This document shows, one piece after another, positions 24,201 to 35,229 of a stretch of 52,319 nt of DNA. The translations under genes were made by a program, and so were the position numbers. Positions within the stretch are counted from its first letter, which is position 1. Every line of letters starts with the position of its first letter. The stretch spans positions 1 through 52,319 of the forward strand of contig JBHGNT010000209.1 of NCBI GenBank assembly GCA_043228905.1, written 5' to 3'. Source of the stretch: Azolla caroliniana. Taxonomy: Eukaryota; Plantae; Polypodiophyta. The notes under the pieces are model-generated. The model did not search any database and was not told the origin of the DNA. It saw only the letters and a program-made list of their open reading frames with translations.

Positions 24201-25579
24201 TGTGAGGTTCCCATAGGAACTAACAATCGGCAACAGTTTGGTTCGGTTCGATTTGAGAGAGTCCAAACCGAACCGTTTAAAAATTTTGAAACCTAAACCA
24301 AATCGAACTGAACCATGAAACCATTAAACAATTTTTAAACCGTAAAAACCGTGGTTTCGTGGCTCGGTTTCAATTTTCAACATAGGTCAAAATTTTAATT
24401 CTTAATTCTTAATTCTTAATTTTTTTAAAATTTATAATATTTCATTATTTTTAATTTTTAATTTTTTTGAGATGTTCCTAAAATGTGAGAATAAGGTCTA
24501 AAAATGTCGGATCGCGCGCTTGAGATCGGGACATCCAGGGAAGGCACTTGACAGGTTTGCAACATTGGGGGCTAGAACATTAGGAAGGCACCACATGCTC
24601 ATGCCACATGCTCATGCCACATTCCCCAATCAACGAGTGTGGCGGTAATCTTTTGGAGATGGATATAGCTCAAGCTTCCTCCAACGGATATAGTTGGAAC
24701 AGGTATGGATTCGTACCCCCCACCTGAAATATTAGGTACATGTATGCATCCAGACCTGCAAAACGAGGAGTAGATAGGCGAGGAGCTGACCATGGCACAT
24801 TCCGAAATGAACATCAAGGAAGGCTTGGGCAATGTCATGATAGTAAAGGAGAATAATGACATTGGCCAGGTTCAAGAGAAGTCGGTGGAGGAGGGCATTG
24901 ATGAAAGAAAAGGGATCGACCTTTATCTTTCTCCGGCAGAGAATCGAAGATTGATGGAAGAAGTGGGCCAGTTGAAGTGTTCATCGTTCATATGTCGGCT
25001 GCTAGGAGGACGACCAAGTAAAGGGTTGCTAAGAGACATGTTGCAGGCAACCCTTTTGGATAAAATGCCACTAGAACATTTTGAGAATGGGCCTCAACTA
25101 TTACCATGTGATCTTAGAAGAAGGCCATAAGGTGCAAGAGATTCTGAACCACAAATGGATTACACTCAAGTATGGCAAAGCCATGATTTTGGAATGGAGT
25201 CCAAACTTTGATGCAAAGGAAGAGAATAAAAAAGCGGGCACACCGATGGTCATTACAGTATGCTTCCCAGACCTTCCCTTCCAACTCCACCATTTGATCC
25301 CAAAGCTCGCACACATTATAGGGATGGTATGTACACCGAAACCTTCATTTGCAGATAAGGTAGCCGAAATGCCCAATATTAAGGTGTTGGTTAGAGACAT
25401 TAACAAACTACCATCGGAGATTAGAGTCCACATGGAGGACTTTGGCCTAAGGGTGGTGAAGGTTGGTTATGAAGGCTTGTCGAGTCAATGCTTTGCATGT
25501 AAGGAGATGTTGGGATTACGGTCCCTCCGGATGGGATGTCCGGAGACGAATGACGGCAAGCCCGGTTGCGGTTACGGAA

Positions 25580-25755
25580 CCGGATGATGAAGAGTACCCG
25601 GCATGAAGCCGGATGACGAGTACCCGGATGCGGATCCGGATGATGAAGAGTACCCGGCATGAAGCCGGATGACGAGTACCCGGCTGCGGATCCGGATGAT
25701 GAAGACCCCGGTTACGGAGCCGGATGACGAATGTACCCGGAGAGAGATCCGGATG
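25580..25755 (+). repeat. Higher-order tandem repeat in Copia-2 U3 (29+27 = 56-bp unit); also ~30381-30556
   Basis: ccggatgatgaagagtacccggcatgaag/ccggatgacgagtacccggatgcggat twice, plus a degenerate third unit. Confidence 0.85.
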
Positions 25756-25895
25756 CGGGGACATATTTGTGAATATGTTTGCCAAGAGCCCTTGAGGCTA
25801 TATTTGTAAATAGCCAGAAAGTCATATGTGTATAAATATGACTTAGGGCAAACATGTTTTTGTTGTTGCTCATTTTTCATGCGAAGTGAGAGCAG

Positions 25896-25928
<33 letters not shown>

Positions 25929-26224
25929 GAAGAGGTCGTTGCCTCTGTGTATTACCGCCGCCTGTGGCGAAGACAGTGAGCTAAAGGTTGTTGCCTTGTA
26001 GCTTCACCATTGTACACCTCTGTTCATAGTGATAGTTGGAGTTTGAGGACTCCCGTGGTTTTTCCCATTTAGGGTTTTCCACGTAAAACATCCTGTGTAC
26101 CTTTCTCTCTGTTGTCTTCGTGCATTTTGTATTTCCTGTTTTCTGAGAGTTGATCCTATTCCTTGGTGGTGGCCGAGCCCTGTTTGCATCAACAAGTGGT
26201 ATCAAAGCGACGGTAACACAGAAA

Positions 26225-29200
26225 ATGGAAGGCGGCGGTAGTGGGCCTCCGGGCATGATGGTGCTGAACTCACAGAACTACGCCGACTGGAAGATAAAGA
26301 TGGAAGACCTTCTCATCGTCCGAGACCTGTATGAACCGATCGACAATGCCGAGATACCCAAGGGGGTAATAGAGTCGGAGTGGAAGCTCCTGAACCGGAA
26401 AGCCGTAGCGACGATCCGGCAATATGTCGATGTAAGTGTTCTGCAGCATGTGGCGAACGATACGAACGCCTATGAGATGTGGCAGAAGCTGTCCGGACTG
26501 TACGAGAGGAAGAATGCTCTGACCCGGACCTCCCTGATGAGGAAGATAGTGAATCTTAAGTACCGGGACGGCGAGAGCATGGTCGAACACGTCAGCACGT
26601 TTATGGGATTCGTGAACCAGCTTGCGGCGATCAAGTTCCCGTTGGATGACGCAATGCAAGCCATCATGCTGATGTGTACCCTTCCGGAGAGCTGGGAGAA
26701 CTTGGTAGTTACTCTCAACACCTCCTGTAAGGAAGAGAACTTGTCTTTACAAACGGTAAAGACAAGTATTCTAAATGAAGAAGCGCGTCGGAGAGACAAA
26801 GAACCGGCCTCCGACTCGAAGGCGCTGCTTACCGAATCGGAACGGGGAAGACAACGGAACCGGAGTCCGCAAAGACGGGAGAAGTCAGGGACACGGTCGC
26901 AGTCGAGGGGAAGACCTACATGCTTCTACTGTGGGAAGCCGGGGCACTTCCAGAAGAATTGTCGGCACTACCGAAAGGACAACGGAGCCGACGACACCGA
27001 TTCGAAGAAGTCACCGGAGAGAAACGGTGCATACCGGGGAGCTACGGACCGGAGAGGTTCGGATCGGCGAGGGCAGGACCGGAAAGGAACGACGGCACTC
27101 GCGGCAAGTGAAGAAGAGATAATGCTCATTACCGAAGAGACGGAGCTGAACCTTGCCGGTGAGGAGATGACCTGGGTGGTCGATTCCGGAGCATCGTTCC
27201 ATCTGACCCCGGAGAAGAAATACTTCTCATCCTACACAGCCGGTGAGCACGGCTGTGTCCGGATGGGAAATGAAGGTACGTGCCAGATAGCCGGCATAGG
27301 AGACGTGTGGCTGATGACATCAACCGGATGCAAGATGCTGCTGAAGGATGTGCGACACGTTCCGGAGGTTCGATTGAACCTGATTTCGGCCGGGAGGCTA
27401 GACGATGAAGGCTACACGGGTAGCATCCGGAACGGTGTCATGAAGTTCAGCAAAGGGAGCCTGATAGTGGCTCGGGCCCGGAAGGTCAACACACTGTACC
27501 TGATGAATTCCCGGCTATGTCCGGAGGAGCTGAACGTGGCAGCCGACGCTGCCGGTGAGCTGTGGCACAAGAGACTGTGCCACATGAGTGAGAAGGGGAT
27601 GAAGAGGCTTGCAGAAGACAACCTTATTCCAGTGAAGCATGTGCACCTGGAGAAGTGCACCGACTGTCTGGCCGGTAAGCAAAACCGGACCTCCTTCCAC
27701 TCAAGGCCACCGACGAGACGTAGCGGACCATTGGAGCTGGTGCACACAGACGTGTGTCAAGTAGAAACGAAGTCACATGGCGGAGCCCAGTACTTCGTGA
27801 CATTCATTGATGACCACAGCCGGAAGCTGTGGACGGCACCGTTGAAGACAAAGGACCAAGTACTGTCCGTCTTCAAAGAACTCCACGCGAGGGTGGAAAG
27901 GGAATCCGGCAAGAAGCTGAAAGCAATACGAGCGGATAACGGAGGAGAATACCGGGGGCAGTTCCAGGAGTACTGTCGCTCGAAGGGAATCCGGCTCGAG
28001 TTTACTGTGCCGAAGACGCCGGAACTGAACGGGCTGGCCGAGAGGATGAACCGGACCATAATGGAGAGGGTCCGGAGTATGCTGGCGCATGCGAAATTAC
28101 CCAAGGGATTTTGGGCTGAGGCAATGTCGACGGCGACGTATGTGATAAATAGATCACCCTCAGTACCTTTGGACGGAGACACGCCGCAGAAAGTGTGGAC
28201 CGGTAAGGAAGTGTCCTACCGGCATCTGAAGGTGTTCGGGTGTCTCGCATACGTGCATGTGGCAAAGGACCGGAGAGGAAAGTTAGATCCAAAGACCCGG
28301 CCATGCATATTCCTCGGTTACGGCGACGACGAGTTCGGCTACCGAGTATGGGACCCGGTCGACAAGAAGATATTCAGGAGTCGAGATATCATCTTCATGG
28401 AGGACAAGACGCTCGCCGACTGGGAGTCGGAGAAGAAGATGAAGAGCTCCAAGTCGACCGGTGAGGATAAACTCTACGAGGAGCAGTCCCGACCGGCAAG
28501 GGACCGGTTAACACTCGAAGATCCGGCCGAAGACGGTGAAGAAACAGAACCGGCCGAGGAAGATGAAAATGATACCGGAACCGGCCCCGATCCCGAAATG
28601 GATTCGGACGAAGAAGAATCGGAAGAACCGGTTATCGAAGCTCTGGATCGGAGATATCCTCTAAGAGAGAGAAGGGCCCCCCGGAGATTTCCGGAACCAG
28701 AGCACGTGCTGCTAACCGACGAGGGGGAGCCGGAGAGCTTTGAAGAAGCAAAGCACGACACCCAGAGCCGCAGGTGGTTGAGTGCCATGCAGGATGAGAT
28801 GGATTCCCTGCATGAGAACCACACATATGAACTTATGGAGTTGCCGAAAGGAAAGCGGGCACTTCGAAACAAGTGGGTGTTCAAGCTGAAACCGGGAGAT
28901 GCCGGAAACCCCCCGAGATACAAAGCCAGGATCGTGGTGAAGGGGTTTCAGCAGAAGAAGGGCGTCGACTTCGACGAGATATTTGCCCCGGTAGTGAAGA
29001 TGACCTCCATCCGGACGGTGCTGAGCATAGCGGCAAGCATGGACCTCGAGGTAGAACAGATGGACGTGAAGACGGCATTCCTTCACGGTGACCTCGAAGA
29101 AGAGATCTACATGCAGCAACCGGAAGGATTCGAGAAGAAAGGGAAGGAGCACCTGGTATGCCGGTTGAAGAAGAGCCTTTACGGACTGAAGCAGGCTCCC

Positions 29201-30298
29201 CGGCAATGGTACCGGAAGTTCGACTCCTTCATGACCGACGAAGGGTACCTCAAAACGCAGTCTGACCACTGCGTGTTTGTGAAGAAGTTCGAAGGAGGAG
29301 ACTTTCTAATACTCCTCCTGTACGTGGACGACATGTTGATCGTCGGACGGGACCAAGTCAAGATACGGATGCTGAAGAAGGCTCTTCACCGAACCTTCTC
29401 AATGAAGGACTTGGGTCCGGCGAGACAAATACTAGGGATGCACATCATCCGGGACCGGAGCAAGAAGCAGTTGTGGCTGTCACAAGAGAAGTACGTGACA
29501 AAGGTGCTTCAACGGTTCAACATGTCGGAAGCAAGACCGGTCGGATCAACCCTACCGGCAAACTGCAAGTTGTCCAGCAAGCAAAGTCCCAAGACAAAGG
29601 CTGAAAAGGAGGATATGATGAAAGTGCCGTATGCCTCAGCCGTCGGGAGCTTGATGTACGCCATGGTGTGTACGAGACCGGACATCGGATATGCAGTCGG
29701 AGTGGTGAGCCGGTACATGAGCAATCCTGGCAAAGAGCATTGGAACGCGGTCAAGTGGATACTCCGATACCTGAACGGCACGGCAAACGTGTGCCTCCGA
29801 TTCGGCTCCGGTAAGCCCGAACTCGACGGCTTCACCGACTCGGATATGTCGGCTGATGCAGATACCAGCCGGTCCACATCAGGGTATGTGATGACATATG
29901 CAGGGGGAGCTGTTTCGTGGCAGTCGAGGCTGCAGAAGACGGTTGCGTTGTCAACCACGGAGGCGGAGTATATGGCGGCTGTTGAAGCCGGCAAGGAAAT
30001 AATATGGATGAAGGACTTCATTAGAGAGCTCGGTATCCGGCAAAAGGAGTACCTACTCTACTGCGACAGTCAGAGTGCCATCCACCTTGCGAAGAACGCG
30101 GCCTATCACTCCCGGACGAAGCACATCCAGCGAAGATATCACTGGATCCGGGAAAGGATAGAAGACCAGGAGTTTGTGCTGACGAAGATCCACACGGACG
30201 AGAACGGGTCAGATATGCTGACCAAAGTGCTCACAACCGACAAGCTGGAAGCATGCCGGAAGAGGATCGGATTGGAGAGACATCCCATGCCGAAGTGA
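26225..30298 (+). CDS. Copia Gag-Pol polyprotein
   Basis: Uninterrupted ORF from ATG 26225: CFYCGKPGHFQKNC, WVVDSGASFH, WHKRLCH, ADNGGEY, YKARIVVKG, YVDDML, FTDSD, KHIQRRYH. Confidence 0.97.
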   Translation: MEGGGSGPPGMMVLNSQNYADWKIKMEDLLIVRDLYEPIDNAEIPKGVIESEWKLLNRKAVATIRQYVDVSVLQHVANDTNAYEMWQKLSGLYERKNALTRTSLMRKIVNLKYRDGESMVEHVSTFMGFVNQLAAIKFPLDDAMQAIMLMCTLPESWENLVVTLNTSCKEENLSLQTVKTSILNEEARRRDKEPASDSKALLTESERGRQRNRSPQRREKSGTRSQSRGRPTCFYCGKPGHFQKNCRHYRKDNGADDTDSKKSPERNGAYRGATDRRGSDRRGQDRKGTTALAASEEEIMLITEETELNLAGEEMTWVVDSGASFHLTPEKKYFSSYTAGEHGCVRMGNEGTCQIAGIGDVWLMTSTGCKMLLKDVRHVPEVRLNLISAGRLDDEGYTGSIRNGVMKFSKGSLIVARARKVNTLYLMNSRLCPEELNVAADAAGELWHKRLCHMSEKGMKRLAEDNLIPVKHVHLEKCTDCLAGKQNRTSFHSRPPTRRSGPLELVHTDVCQVETKSHGGAQYFVTFIDDHSRKLWTAPLKTKDQVLSVFKELHARVERESGKKLKAIRADNGGEYRGQFQEYCRSKGIRLEFTVPKTPELNGLAERMNRTIMERVRSMLAHAKLPKGFWAEAMSTATYVINRSPSVPLDGDTPQKVWTGKEVSYRHLKVFGCLAYVHVAKDRRGKLDPKTRPCIFLGYGDDEFGYRVWDPVDKKIFRSRDIIFMEDKTLADWESEKKMKSSKSTGEDKLYEEQSRPARDRLTLEDPAEDGEETEPAEEDENDTGTGPDPEMDSDEEESEEPVIEALDRRYPLRERRAPRRFPEPEHVLLTDEGEPESFEEAKHDTQSRRWLSAMQDEMDSLHENHTYELMELPKGKRALRNKWVFKLKPGDAGNPPRYKARIVVKGFQQKKGVDFDEIFAPVVKMTSIRTVLSIAASMDLEVEQMDVKTAFLHGDLEEEIYMQQPEGFEKKGKEHLVCRLKKSLYGLKQAPRQWYRKFDSFMTDEGYLKTQSDHCVFVKKFEGGDFLILLLYVDDMLIVGRDQVKIRMLKKALHRTFSMKDLGPARQILGMHIIRDRSKKQLWLSQEKYVTKVLQRFNMSEARPVGSTLPANCKLSSKQSPKTKAEKEDMMKVPYASAVGSLMYAMVCTRPDIGYAVGVVSRYMSNPGKEHWNAVKWILRYLNGTANVCLRFGSGKPELDGFTDSDMSADADTSRSTSGYVMTYAGGAVSWQSRLQKTVALSTTEAEYMAAVEAGKEIIWMKDFIRELGIRQKEYLLYCDSQSAIHLAKNAAYHSRTKHIQRRYHWIRERIEDQEFVLTKIHTDENGSDMLTKVLTTDKLEACRKRIGLERHPMPK

Positions 30299-30696
30299 AG
30301 GGGGAGTTTGTTGGGATTACGGTCCCTCCGGATGGGATGTCCGGAGACGAATGACGGCAAGCCCGGTTGCGGTTACGGAACCGGATGATGAAGAGTACCC
30401 GGCATGAAGCCGGATGACGAGTACCCGGATGCGGATCCGGATGATGAAGAGTACCCGGCATGAAGCCGGATGACGAGTACCCGGCTGCGGATCCGGATGA
30501 TGAAGACCCCGGTTACGGAGCCGGATGACGAATGTACCCGGAGAGAGATCCGGATGCGGGGACATATTTGTGAATATGTTTGCCAAGAGCCCTTGAGGCT
30601 ATATTTGTAAATAGCCAGAAAGTCATATGTGTATAAATATGACTTAGGGCAAACATGTTTTTGTTGTTGCTCATTTTTCATGCGAAGTGAGAGCAG

Positions 30697-30727
<31 letters not shown>

Positions 30728-33021
30728 GAAGAGGTCGTTGCCTCTGTGTATTACCGCCGCCTGTGGCGAAGACAGTGAGCTAAAGGTTGTTGCCTTGTAG
30801 CTTCACCATTGTACACCTCTGTTCATAGTGATAGTTGGAGTTTGAGGACTCCCGTGGTTTTTCCCATTTAGGGTTTTCCACGTAAAACATCCTGTGTACC
30901 TTTCTCTCTGTTGTCTTCGTGCATTTTGTATTTCCTGTTTTCTGAGAGTTGATCCTATTCCTTGGTGGTGGCCGAGCCCTGTTTGCATCAACAAGAGATG
31001 GGCCATATGGCCAAATAGTGCCCTCTATATGGGAAGGCAAGAGCGGATAGGGGACAGCAAGGCATCAAGTTGCCGAATATCCCAAATTCAGGGACGGCAG
31101 GCCAGATGGTCCTGGTTTACAATGGGAAGCAAGTAGTAAGGGAAAAAGGACAGATATCGCCGAGGAAAGTGGCCAAGCCTGACCTCCATGGTCTTATTGG
31201 CCCACCTACAAGTGGAGGCTCCATTTCGAATAGATTTGACATCCTATCACAAATGGAACCCCAAGAAGGCGAAATAATTTTAGGAACTCCATTTGATTTA
31301 CTACCGCGAGTCGAGACCCACAAAACACTCGTAGAGCCCTCCGGGGGTCGTGGCAATGGATTTTCATCAGACCTGAGAATGGTTAAGGCCTGGATCAGGA
31401 AAGGGAAGGACAAGGAAAGTGAAGCGGACATTAGGAATACTGAATCGCAAAAAATGATCGCACAAATTGAGGTTGGAAATCTCTCGATTGTGGGTGTTGA
31501 GTTTGTGATGTTGCCAGAATTGAGGATGCAAGTTATGCAGGTACCCAAGATCATGGTGAACATTGGTAATCCAAGGGGAAGAGTGCACGAGTGGACTAGA
31601 GCAGACATGGTCCTCATCAACAGCAACTCAGGTAGACCGGAGACCCGTTGTTTTTTTTACTTGGAGCCTGATTTGAAAGATGAAAGGGGAGAAGACTCAT
31701 CCTTGAAGTCGTTTTGTAACAGGGCAGCATTATGTTTCCAGTACCTTACATCTGAAAATGAGGTTGTGGGGTTGCAAACATTATGGAAGAGCTCCCTGAT
31801 ACAAGGGGAGCTTATGGAACTTGCTCAAGATGTTCCAATGGTTTGCATATGGAAGGTACAGGATCTAGGGATGAAGCCTAGTTTGTTCCACTTCCATTGT
31901 GTTGAAGTAACCAAGAATCAAGAATGGAAAATAAGTATGGAATGGGATGGAGACATATTTGTCAAGCATGGGAGATTCCCCTTGGCTTTTTTTGTGAACC
32001 CAAGTCAATGAGAATTTGTTCTTGGAGGGTCACAACATCACTAGAGAAGTGTTGGTTTAGGAGAGAGTGGGAAGTTGATGGCCTTTGTAATACGATTGAT
32101 ATTTTGCTCTTACAAGAGCATCACCTTGGCCAAGAAAGAACAAAACTTTTCAAAGACCCGTTGCCAGGGGATTGGTACACATGGTGGGCTATTGCTCACG
32201 ACGTTGTCGTAGTGTAGGTTGCACACTATGTGGAAATTATATTTTTGTCCCTCCGGATAGAGAATGGAGTGCTCGGTGAGAACCGGAAGAAAACGGCATA
32301 CCGGCAAGGAGGAAAACGGCATACCGGCAAGGAAGAAAACGGCATACCGGCAAGGAAGAGCCGGATAAAGAGACATAAATGTAAAAAGAAAGGAAATACT
32401 CACTACTGCGCAGGGCGTGATTCGAACTCTACACCTCCACGTTGACAAACCCCAACCTTACCATTACATTAAATTATCTTAAGTGTTTTAAGTATAGATT
32501 TAATATGTATAAGACCTTTATTTATGCATACCTTTATTAAAAGGTAAATTGTGTATTTCTTTAATATATGAAAAAGAAAAAACACGAGACACTAAAAATA
32601 AACTCATGCACATCTAGCGTGCATGAGCCCTATACTTAGGAAATAAAAAAAAAAAAAAAAGCATCACATGCACATTTAGTGTGCATGAACATATGAGAAA
32701 AAGCATGTAGCTATGCTTAGTCTCTCCCATCACTATATAAGGATGGGGAGCACATTGTAGTTGTTGTTGATTATTTGGATTAAGTATTAAACAATACAAA
32801 AATTATTCGTGGGATTCACGATTTATACATCTACTTCTCTCTTAACACCCTAAGTACCAATTAATATAGTATACTCGTGTGATTCACGAGTTTCTTGTCT
32901 TTCTCTTTGCTATTTACTCATAATTAATCTCTATCTCACAAACTTCTTTCTCCTAGTCCAAGACCTCTGTGGTTCCCACCCGACTCACGCAACGATCCGG
33001 AGCCGAAAGGCACGACACAGT

Positions 33022-33039
33022 TGGTGAACCCGACGTGAA
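33022..33039 (+). promoter_or_regulatory. Primer binding site complementary to tRNA-Trp(CCA) 3' end
   Basis: TGGTGAACCCGACGTGAA is the reverse complement of TTCACGTCGGGTTCACCA, the plant tRNA-Trp 3' end as recalled; it lies 4 nt after the LTR. Confidence 0.85.
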
Positions 33040-33055
33040 GACGGGTGGCAAGGAG

Positions 33056-35095
33056 ATGGAGGCTCAACAAGCTAACAATATGATGGCGATGTTCGAACGG
33101 ATGCTTCAAGAACAGCGCACGATGTCGGAGATTTCGGCATCAGTAGAGCGGCTCGTGCAACGCAACGGGCAATTTAATGGTAAGGATGTGTCGCGATATT
33201 TGCAGGACTACAAGGCGGAGATGCTCCGGTGCCGGGCTTCGGAAGGACTGCAAGTGACATCCTTTAACCGGGTGGCGACCGACGGGCTTCAAGGGAGTAT
33301 CCACGGGTTGCAACAACAAAATCCGACGTGGGAAGCATTCGAAGAGGCGTTAAAGACCACGTTTGCCATCGAGGACTCCTCCAAGGCAACGCGGAGGGGA
33401 TTCGAGGATTGGGTGGAAACGTCAGGTAAGGGGCTGAAGGTCCTCGAAGTGTTTTCGACATTCGAAAGTCGGTTCGGGAGGTTGTCCGCGAGAGATCAAA
33501 CTATTCTTGCACCGGACAAAGTCATCATGTTTTTGCGAGCTGTGGACGTCCGGGACCGGAAAGATCTCGGAGTGCTTCTTGAGGACACGACCACCGAAAG
33601 CGGCCTCACCGAAACATGGGAAAGCGTGCGGGATATCGTAGCGCGGTACACGAAGAGGGGGCAATGGCTTGCCAACGAAGAAAAGAGGGTTTCGGAACCG
33701 ATTCCGAAACCGAGAACGGGACTGGAAGACCATCAACCGAGGGCTCGGGAGATTACGGCCGAGAAGGGAGTCGACGCGTCTACGGTGGAGCAGCTGCTGA
33801 AGGAGATGGAGAATCTAAAGATCGCGATGGTGAAGAAGTCGGATGACCGCCCCACAAGCTCCAAATATACGGATCGACGGTGCATATGGTGCGATAGCGC
33901 CGAACACGATCGGAGGGATTGCGACGACCATAAGGAGGCACTACGACGGGATCTCATCTACTACGAGGGAAACCGGATTCATTCGATGGACTCTCGGAAG
34001 CCACTCCGACCGAACTTCCGAAAAGGCGGCATGAAGAAGGTGCTCGAGGAGGAGTTAGCGGCAAGAAGCAACTATGCGACAACCGCGGGAATATGTGTCG
34101 GGGAGTCATCGGGAGCGAAGGCGTCTTTCTGGCCGGAGGTGCTAGGAAACACCGAGAAAACCGACTCCAACGATATCCGAAACACCGCGGAAGGCGTCCG
34201 GGAAGCTACGGGATGGGAGTGCCCTGTCGACAAGAATAACATATACGCCCTGTGTCAATTACATGAGGTGTATGTGGACGAGAAACGACGGCGCACGGAG
34301 GATGCGGCCGGACCATCGAAGATACCGGAAAGCTGGAACTCCGGAGGTAAGGGAAAAGAAAAGGCGACTCCGGCATTCAAGCTCGCCTCGGACATAGAAC
34401 AACAAACCGACTTGAAAAGAGTGTTCGAGGAAAGAATCTTGGATAGCCGGGTAGATTTTTCGCTGCGGGAACTACTCGGAATAGCGAAGAAGGAGTTTCA
34501 CGATCTTCTCGTGGATCTCGTGAAAAGGAAGAGACAAAGTACGGAGGAAAATGCTCCAAGGGTGAATGCAAATACCGTTTCGATGAACGACACCGAAGTG
34601 GAAGGCGAAATTCCGAACTCCCACTATACAAGGCCACACTGGGCACGTGCAACTACGGAGACTCCGGTCCGAATCGGCAACATCAAAGAACCCGTGCTAG
34701 CATTGATTGATCACGGATCGGAGATCAACTTGATGTCCAAGGAGTTCTACCGAAAGGGGAAGTGGCCTATAAACACCAACCATGGATGGAAGATTCGGGC
34801 AGCCACGAAAACGACAGAAGACCTATTTGCGGCTTGTCCGGATGTGACGGTAAAGATCGGGGATGTCGAAATTGACCAAAATTTCTTTGTGCAGGATGAG
34901 GTTTCACATTCTGTCATCCTCGGCCAACCCTTTATCACGGCTTCACGGATGGAGACGAAGGTGCTCGATAGTGGTGCGGCTTTTGCGCGAATTCGGAGCC
35001 AAAACGGAGGGAAATCCGTCCAATTCCTAACAGTGCCGGCAAATCACGAAAGGAACAAGAGGGAACTCTTGTCCCAAGTGAGAATGGATTTTTAA
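33056..35095 (+). CDS. Gypsy Gag-protease
   Basis: ATG 33056; knuckle CIWCDSAEHDRRDC; aspartic protease ALIDHGSEINLM...VILGQPF. Confidence 0.92.
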   Translation: MEAQQANNMMAMFERMLQEQRTMSEISASVERLVQRNGQFNGKDVSRYLQDYKAEMLRCRASEGLQVTSFNRVATDGLQGSIHGLQQQNPTWEAFEEALKTTFAIEDSSKATRRGFEDWVETSGKGLKVLEVFSTFESRFGRLSARDQTILAPDKVIMFLRAVDVRDRKDLGVLLEDTTTESGLTETWESVRDIVARYTKRGQWLANEEKRVSEPIPKPRTGLEDHQPRAREITAEKGVDASTVEQLLKEMENLKIAMVKKSDDRPTSSKYTDRRCIWCDSAEHDRRDCDDHKEALRRDLIYYEGNRIHSMDSRKPLRPNFRKGGMKKVLEEELAARSNYATTAGICVGESSGAKASFWPEVLGNTEKTDSNDIRNTAEGVREATGWECPVDKNNIYALCQLHEVYVDEKRRRTEDAAGPSKIPESWNSGGKGKEKATPAFKLASDIEQQTDLKRVFEERILDSRVDFSLRELLGIAKKEFHDLLVDLVKRKRQSTEENAPRVNANTVSMNDTEVEGEIPNSHYTRPHWARATTETPVRIGNIKEPVLALIDHGSEINLMSKEFYRKGKWPINTNHGWKIRAATKTTEDLFAACPDVTVKIGDVEIDQNFFVQDEVSHSVILGQPFITASRMETKVLDSGAAFARIRSQNGGKSVQFLTVPANHERNKRELLSQVRMDF

Positions 35096-35155
35096 AGCGG
35101 ACTGTTGCGGAGTGGGGAAGTGATAGTCCGAGACGCCTTGATACCCCACACAGGA
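35086..35155 (+). promoter_or_regulatory. Putative -1 ribosomal frameshift signal
   Basis: G GAT TTT TAA at the gag-PR stop; the -1 frame is open into pol; downstream CTGT..GTGGGG...CCCCAC-ACAG can pair. Confidence 0.65.
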
Positions 35156-35229
35156 AGAAAACTCTCGGAGCAAAACAAGTACGAATCGGCCCGGATGGGG
35201 CATCTACGTACACGGCTGTAACCGGAGGA

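Larger units (their letters stand above)
25508..30993 (+). mobile_element. Intact Ty1/Copia LTR retrotransposon (Copia-2), 5486 bp
   Basis: LTRs 25508-26194 (687 bp) and 30309-30993 (685 bp; one GA unit shorter); PBS TGGTATCAAAGC 26197-26208; PPT GAAGGGGGAG 30297-30306; flanks GGAGA/AGAGA. Confidence 0.97.

Noticed and set aside
25580-25755. CRISPR-like periodic repeat
   Set aside because: Tandem repeat without unique spacers inside an LTR.
26150-26224. Upstream non-ATG starts of Copia-2 and Gypsy gag (also 32969-33055)
   Set aside because: They lie in the LTR/PBS; the first ATGs at 26225 and 33056 are more plausible.
26270-30021. Many antisense ORFs within Copia and Gypsy coding regions
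   Set aside because: Expected shadow ORFs of GC-rich coding sequence.
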